A DNA stretch of 29,141 nt from the IMG/VR virus record IMGVR_UViG_3300030099_002405, positions 1 through 29,141 of that record; one strand, given 5' to 3'. A program made the position numbers and the translations under genes. Positions 25,801 through 29,141 of this stretch are shown here, in pieces. The stretch is from a virus (Duplodnaviria; Caudoviricetes). The first letter of the stretch is position 1. Each line of letters begins with the position of its first letter. The notes beneath the pieces were generated by a model, which had not been told where the DNA came from, ran no database searches, and worked only from the letters and a program-made list of their open reading frames with translations.

Positions 25801-26346
25801 AATGAAATGTCAGGTTCTAAATCTTTTGTGATGAATTTATTTTTATTCACACCTAGTCAAAGTCCTAATGTATCTCCAGTTATTGATACAAAGAGACTAA
25901 GTTTATTCTTAATTCAAAATAGATTAAATAATCCTGTTGATGGCACAACACCAGACTTTGTTGAAGAAACTACAACAAGTGGTGGTAGTGCAGCTGCAAA
26001 ATATATGACTAAACCAATTGTACTAGAAAATAATTCAACAGCACTAGACATCAGATTATCAGCAAATGTAAGGTCAACAAGTTCGATTAAAATGTATTAT
26101 AGAGTAACAGGCGCTGAAGATGTTAGATTATTAGGTGATGTTGCTTGGCGAGCATTCAATGATGATGGTTCTCCAGATTCAGCAGTCTCACCTGCTGTAG
26201 ATGATGTTACATTTAGAGAACATAAATTTAGTGTTTCTGGTTTACCTGCGTTTACAGCATTTGCATTAAAAATAGTAATGACTGGTACAGTTAGTTCATA
26301 TCCTCCAATCATAAAAGATATGAGAGGAATTGCTTTGGCAGTTTAG
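19843..26346 (+). CDS. Large virion structural protein, DUF4815/VrlC-like (2167 aa)
   Basis: NVTPYYDDF...VQARELT..Q.ILQNQIE, GAHRFKI.L, LARRTFDESGDY, NKRYTMRDIG.LE.RI.N.EYYT.LSLLE, RFKNG..VDNF, DPVAQ.F, C-terminal RGIALAV. Usual position after gp8. Confidence 0.88.
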   Translation: MPSKTDFNVTPYYDDFSEAKNFHRVMYRPAFAVQARELTTQQTILQNQIEKMGDHLFQHGAMVIPGETHFDKNYYSVKLTSFTGTLSNFIGTTLTGGTSGLKAKVVNVVATDGTDPDTLFVKYKNSGTSNDAIDFTDGETLTSDASTGETAVVDTTSIGSAFHIDAGTYYINGFFVDVTKQTLILEKYTDAPSFRVGLTVSETFVTSTDDTSLLDNATGSSNENAAGAHRFKINLTLAKLSLTSTADSSFVELARIENGNILNKIVRTEYNILEDTLARRTFDESGDYYVNAFDIDIRESLLSGTNRGIYQSGENTTSGHAAAEDRLAIGMGEGVAYVKGYEIRKLGTTFIDMQKARDFETESGEVVRFAQLPFVNVTELHGTPDVGFVSAETEVYKKVRLVDEKHSTRGTEQTNNDGKVFDIGRAKTRGIEHNSGSASGVFMSTASLKTTTYKHYLFDVVMFSHLNVRGPASGSFTDGETLTGGTSGATGVVESITSLGTATITGITQANPPVVTCSGGHNFTEGQIIKISSVSGMTDVNNSFFTVKNPSATTFELFSESTTTIQNPSAVDGTAFSTYTSGGSAEHTIIILSNVKGEFVEGETCTGGSSSSTAVLQFDSYGCKGFETKEFSQTKGISMAGSPVYTSNIDLTETFGDVKELSGTISTVDPDASPGSIIMDGSDANGTDSGDSIILEDATETGDAVTAIGLEDPIDQADVIVGSATRFLSELKLGDQITFEDDSNTTVTKIVQSIHSNTRLETATGLGTTSATSKIFKRQRTKMQSPENDRLLFKLPYDVIKTLLTADNDEISDTSFQIRRQFVASLSSSGQATLTAGTNEVFVAHSEADVTVSVMTKGGSATEGEVGDVITLSNSGDYTLGGSPTGKTLTIDLGSTFNSSKIKVLATISASVVSAKTKTNTTDETKTVDTQALAQATTINLGKADVHKLTSVFMASDFSTAATTSDTDITSRFDLDTGQRDNFYDVGRLVRKPGQAAPTGRLLITFDYFEHGAGNFFSVDSYSGFDYGSIPAYTSDVTGEVFELRDHLDFRPRVDDASTIDAGDGQDRQYSGTGASTIDFAKFNTNVTTDLEFYLSKKARVFLAQNGQFLINHGEPAVNPEYPELLPNAMHLYDLFLPPFTFKTSDVDVKKIDNKRYTMRDIGRLEDRIENIEYYTQLSLLEAEAQNMQIQDADGFDRFKNGIIVDNFTGHNIADVGDGDYSVSMDMAQGELRPSFSQDNAALLEIQSDLETSPTDASRTTAGYQKTGDLITLPYTTFTQLEQPYASTTVNVNPYDVVVYRGNIALDPPMDEWFDTETRPDLVISVPGTYDTLSDLANEKVLDLNFGTVWNNWNDSWLGTVQDKNRRTTTRYSNGKKFRVTTVDTEQRVGRTRSGIRSSLVPNIVRSSLGDRVVNVTFSQFIRQKNISFTATGLRPDTRVYPFFDDVDVSSLVTPTGSSAGSALTTDTNGSCSGVFAIPDPKRDTNVKFRTGRRTFRLTSSSRNSLTGGGLTTAAETEYVAKGLLNTTQSIILSTREAVIGRNDINESTVITRRGTRDESVVEISERRNEPGSGGDSGSETQTGGSIIRIGNQTGNVFRNGKLTFDSKPNAPGGGPVDTVAKAVKSGRRGGPPPSFSNSRHPAKSSCRGQFQDPVAQQFKIDVRGGMFISSVDLFFATKSTTIPVTVQLRTMFNGFPTTEVIPFGEITLQPSDINISTDASESTTFTFPSPVYVKPNQEYCFVVVTNTDEYTIYTARMGQTTLDGSRFISKQPYLGSMFKSQNGSTWSAEQNEDIKFKLNVCDFTTNTIGTVSLVNDELPTRLLPKTNPISTTSGSTTITIHCPNHGMHSTSANVTISGLASGTYNGIASTNINGTYTTIGNIKLDSFTVTAQNSDAADATGDIGGTDQVSITRNMLYDVIHPVIGSVIHDETGLTAEMRTTGGRSLEGSETEYTLESASKARKVTINHDYYMTAPGVIASAINETNEMSGSKSFVMNLFLFTPSQSPNVSPVIDTKRLSLFLIQNRLNNPVDGTTPDFVEETTTSGGSAAAKYMTKPIVLENNSTALDIRLSANVRSTSSIKMYYRVTGAEDVRLLGDVAWRAFNDDGSPDSAVSPAVDDVTFREHKFSVSGLPAFTAFALKIVMTGTVSSYPPIIKDMRGIALAV

Positions 26347-26350
26347 TGTA

Positions 26351-26578
26351 ATGAGTGATACTTTAAAAGTAAAAGGTCATGCACATCTAATTAGAGATTT
26401 AAAATCTCAGGCAATCATTAATACAGATTCAGACGCATATGCCAAATACATGGCAAGAAAAATAAAACAAAAAGAAAAAGATGATGAAGTGAGACAAGTG
26501 GTTCGTGATGTTAATGAACTAAGAAACGAAATGAGAGAAATAAAAAATTTAATTATAGGACTCAAAAATGGCAGATAG
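26351..26578 (+). CDS. Conserved small coiled-coil protein that follows VrlC-like genes
   Basis: KVKGH..LIRD..SQAIINTD..AY..Y plus a heptad C-terminus. ATG 26351 is preferred over TTG 26330. Confidence 0.8.
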   Translation: MSDTLKVKGHAHLIRDLKSQAIINTDSDAYAKYMARKIKQKEKDDEVRQVVRDVNELRNEMREIKNLIIGLKNGR

Positions 26579-27491
26579 AAGTATAGCAGCAGGAGATACA
26601 TTAAATAAATTAAGATTTGAATTTAATGGTAGTGCTGAAGATATAGGAGAAATATCAGGCATCACAGGTGCAAGTGGTATTATTGCCAGTGCAACTGATG
26701 TTGTTGAAGCTATCACAGCATTGAATACTGATATTACAACCATTTCAACTGACAATCATGTTTTTGGTGGGTCTATTATTTTTGAAGGTGCAACTGACGA
26801 TAGTTTTGAAACAACTTTAGCAGTTACAGATCCTACAGCAGATAGAACAATCACACTACCTAATGCAACTGGTACTGTTTCTTTGATTGATGCTACAGAA
26901 ACATTAACAAATAAAACTTTGACAGCACCAACTATAACAAATGGCGTATTTAATACTGCTGTTTCTGGTACTGCTGTAAAAGATGAAGATGATATGTCAA
27001 GTGATAGTGCAACTGCTGTGGCAACACAACAAAGTATTAAAGCATTTGTTGAAAACTTAATTGCAGCTCAAGATTTAGATATTGCACCAGATAGTGGCAC
27101 AGGACAAAGTATTCTTTTACCAAGTGAAACACTAACTTTTTCTGGTGGATCAAATATTGCAAGTAGTGCTACAGGTAATACAGTAACTTTTGCAATATCA
27201 GATGTCGTGCAACTCACAGCTTCACAAACATTAACGAACAAAACTTTTACAAGTCCTACAATCAACACATTAACTTTTGCTTCAGGACAATCAACTTCAG
27301 GTTTAAATATTGGTGCAAATGGTATTGTATTCGAAGGTGCAACGGCTGACGCACACGAGACAACTTTAACAGCTGCTGACCCAACACAAGATAATACAAT
27401 CACAATACCTAATGAATCAATCACTTGTGTAACAACAGCAACACACGCAACAAAATCAAATCATATTTCAAGATGTATTGCATTAGGATAG
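26568..27491 (+). CDS. Fibre/whisker-like structural protein, paralog 1
   Basis: MADRS...DTL...R..FN N-terminus, two IxFEGAT...DPT.D.TIT.PN repeats, TLTNKT repeats, SDSAT..ATQQSIKA. Confidence 0.75.
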   Translation: MADRSIAAGDTLNKLRFEFNGSAEDIGEISGITGASGIIASATDVVEAITALNTDITTISTDNHVFGGSIIFEGATDDSFETTLAVTDPTADRTITLPNATGTVSLIDATETLTNKTLTAPTITNGVFNTAVSGTAVKDEDDMSSDSATAVATQQSIKAFVENLIAAQDLDIAPDSGTGQSILLPSETLTFSGGSNIASSATGNTVTFAISDVVQLTASQTLTNKTFTSPTINTLTFASGQSTSGLNIGANGIVFEGATADAHETTLTAADPTQDNTITIPNESITCVTTATHATKSNHISRCIALG

Positions 27492-27499
27492 AATAAATA
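27492..27499 (+). promoter_or_regulatory. Late promoter variant, probably leaderless mRNA
   Basis: AATAAATA-GTAGT-ATG, same layout as the site at 7762. Confidence 0.7.
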
Positions 27500-27504
27500 G
27501 TAGT

Positions 27505-28425
27505 ATGGCAGATAGATCAGTAGCAGTAACCGACACACTAGAGACATTTAGAACGACCTTCAATTCTCTTGCAGGTGACATAGGAGATATAGCAGATTTA
27601 CAAAGTGCCACTGGTACGATTGCTTCATCTACTGATGTTGTAGAGGCTGTTACAGCGATGAATACAGAAATCGCTGCTCTCAAAGCAGGCACCTCAGTCT
27701 TTGAAACTAAGATAGTTTTCGAAGGTGCAACTGATGACGCAAGTGAAACAACTTTACAAATAACTGACCCAACTGCTGATCGAACAATTACATTACCTAA
27801 CTTAACTGGTACTGTTTCATTATTAGACGCAACTGAAACACTTACAAACAAAACACTCACAACACCAACACTTACAAGTGCTGTTTTGAATACTGCTGTT
27901 TCAGGTAGTGCAATATTAGATGAAGATAATATGGCTTCTGATAGTGCAACACAATTAGCAACTCAACAATCAATCAAGGCTTTTGTAGAAGCACAAATAA
28001 CTGCTGAAGATTTAGATATCACTACTGATAGCGGCACTATTGCGATTGATTTAGATAGTGAAACACTAACAATTGCTGGAGGAACTGGTATTGATACAAC
28101 TGGTTCTAGTAATACAATTACAGTAGCAGTGGATAGTACGGTTGCAACATTGACAGGATCACAGACTTTGACAAATAAAACTCTAACTAGTCCTACTATC
28201 AATTCACCTACAATTACAAGTTTAACTGCAACAGCATTAAGTTTAACAGATTCTAGTATCGTATTTGAGGGTTCAACTGCTGATGCAAACGAAACAACTC
28301 TTACAGTTGTAGATCCTACAGCAGATAGAACAATAACACTACCAAATGAGACTGGAACACTAATAACATCAACAAGTGCAGCTACGAATGCTTTTTCTAT
28401 TTCAATCGCAGCTGCGTTAGGGTAA
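27505..28425 (+). CDS. Fibre/whisker-like structural protein, paralog 2
   Basis: Colinear with paralog 1; ends SIAAALG. Confidence 0.75.
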   Translation: MADRSVAVTDTLETFRTTFNSLAGDIGDIADLQSATGTIASSTDVVEAVTAMNTEIAALKAGTSVFETKIVFEGATDDASETTLQITDPTADRTITLPNLTGTVSLLDATETLTNKTLTTPTLTSAVLNTAVSGSAILDEDNMASDSATQLATQQSIKAFVEAQITAEDLDITTDSGTIAIDLDSETLTIAGGTGIDTTGSSNTITVAVDSTVATLTGSQTLTNKTLTSPTINSPTITSLTATALSLTDSSIVFEGSTADANETTLTVVDPTADRTITLPNETGTLITSTSAATNAFSISIAAALG

Positions 28426-28429
28426 GTTG

Positions 28430-28437
28430 TATAAATA
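28430..28437 (+). promoter_or_regulatory. T4-type late promoter
   Basis: Exact TATAAATA, then SD AAGGA. Confidence 0.85.
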
Positions 28438-28459
28438 GTAATAATAAGGATATAAAAAT

Positions 28460-29141
28460 ATGGCATTATCGAAAATAATAGAAAACTCACTTGCTGATGA
28501 AGCAGTATCTTCTGCTAAACTAAAAGACTTTTCAGCTGCTGTTGATTTAAACGGCGTTGAATTAGTTTTAGACGCAGACGCAGATACAAGTATTACAGCA
28601 GATACAGATGATAGAATAGATTTTAAAATCGCAGGTGTTGAACACTTTTCTTTCTCTAATAGTTCAGGTGATACTATTATTAAACCGATGGTTGACGCCA
28701 AAGATATTAAGTTTCAACAATTTGATGGCAGAACACTTTTAGATATTAATGACGGTGGGTTTGTAGGTATCGCAAACGGTGCTACAAGTTCTGGTGAAAT
28801 TAGATTTTTTGAAGATACAGACAATGGTTCAAACTATGTAGGTTTAAATGCAGGTAGTATATCTTCATCATTCACATTAACATTACCAACTGCTGATGGT
28901 TCTTCAGGACAGTTTCTAAAAACAGATGGTTCTGGTGCTTTATCTTTTGATACGGTATCAAGTGCTGCTGACGATTTAACAACTGGAGACGCTGCTGTTA
29001 CACTTGCTACTTCAGCAGGTAATATTACAATAGACGCACAAGGCGGCGATACAGATATTATATTCAAAGGCACAGACGGTAGTTCAGATATTACACCAAT
29101 GACATTAGATATGTCAGACGCTGGTGCTTTATTACTTACTG
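28460..29141 (+). CDS. Tail fibre-like protein, 3'-truncated, absent from the ORF track
   Basis: MALSKIIENSLADEAVSSAKL...LDADADTSITADTDDRIDFKIAG...IRFFEDTDNGSNYVGL...LTLPTADGSSGQFLKTDGSGALSF; open to the window end. Confidence 0.8.
   Translation, partial: MALSKIIENSLADEAVSSAKLKDFSAAVDLNGVELVLDADADTSITADTDDRIDFKIAGVEHFSFSNSSGDTIIKPMVDAKDIKFQQFDGRTLLDINDGGFVGIANGATSSGEIRFFEDTDNGSNYVGLNAGSISSSFTLTLPTADGSSGQFLKTDGSGALSFDTVSSAADDLTTGDAAVTLATSAGNITIDAQGGDTDIIFKGTDGSSDITPMTLDMSDAGALLLT

Noticed and set aside
19843-26346. Intein or intron in the 2167-aa gene
   Set aside because: The ORF is continuous, with no C/S...HN splice motifs and no LAGLIDADG or HNH signature seen.
26568-28425. Diversity-generating retroelement template/variable repeat pair
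   Set aside because: Both copies are full genes, differences are not confined to adenines, and no reverse transcriptase is in the window.
12614-29073. Numerous - strand ORFs opposite structural genes (also 675-917 and 11758-12177)
   Set aside because: These are shadow ORFs produced by the codon bias of Thr/Ser/Gly/Ala-rich sense genes, with no start signals or motifs.
1-29141. Stop-codon reassignment
   Set aside because: Conserved genes are full length in the standard code, and TAA, TAG and TGA all end genes at expected positions.

Overview
This is a 29-kb AT-rich segment of a T4-like myovirus, probably a marine phage of an alphaproteobacterial host (SAR11/pelagimyophage-like; the host is inferred, not shown). 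The + strand carries the tail/baseplate module: a partial tape-measure/gp29-like gene, gp48, gp53, a gp27-like hub, a lysozyme-less gp5, PAAR, gp25, gp6, gp7, gp8, a 2167-aa DUF4815/VrlC-like protein and three fibre-like genes. gp4 lies on the - strand. TATAAATA late promoters drive this module. A 5.5-kb accessory island separates gp5 from PAAR. It holds small host-like genes (DUF465/YdcH, an unlisted zf-CHCC/NDUFS6-like zinc finger, an outer-membrane barrel-like protein, DUF3563, DUF3310), tRNA-Asp(GUC), and a - strand early operon fed by three tandem sigma70 promoters. The most notable signal is in that promoter hub: an exact alphaproteobacterial LexA box (GTTC-N7-GTTC) and a GcrA/CcrM-type TGATTCG site just downstream of the best-consensus early promoter, suggesting the early genes respond to host SOS or cell-cycle state. 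Other candidates are an oriE-like cluster of convergent sigma70 promoters before an oddly GC/CGA-rich gp5, T4-style RNA switches with a late promoter between the pairing arms, leaderless late mRNAs, and a nuclease / 50%-lysine microprotein / PAAR operon. All family assignments come from motif recognition by eye; no searches were run.
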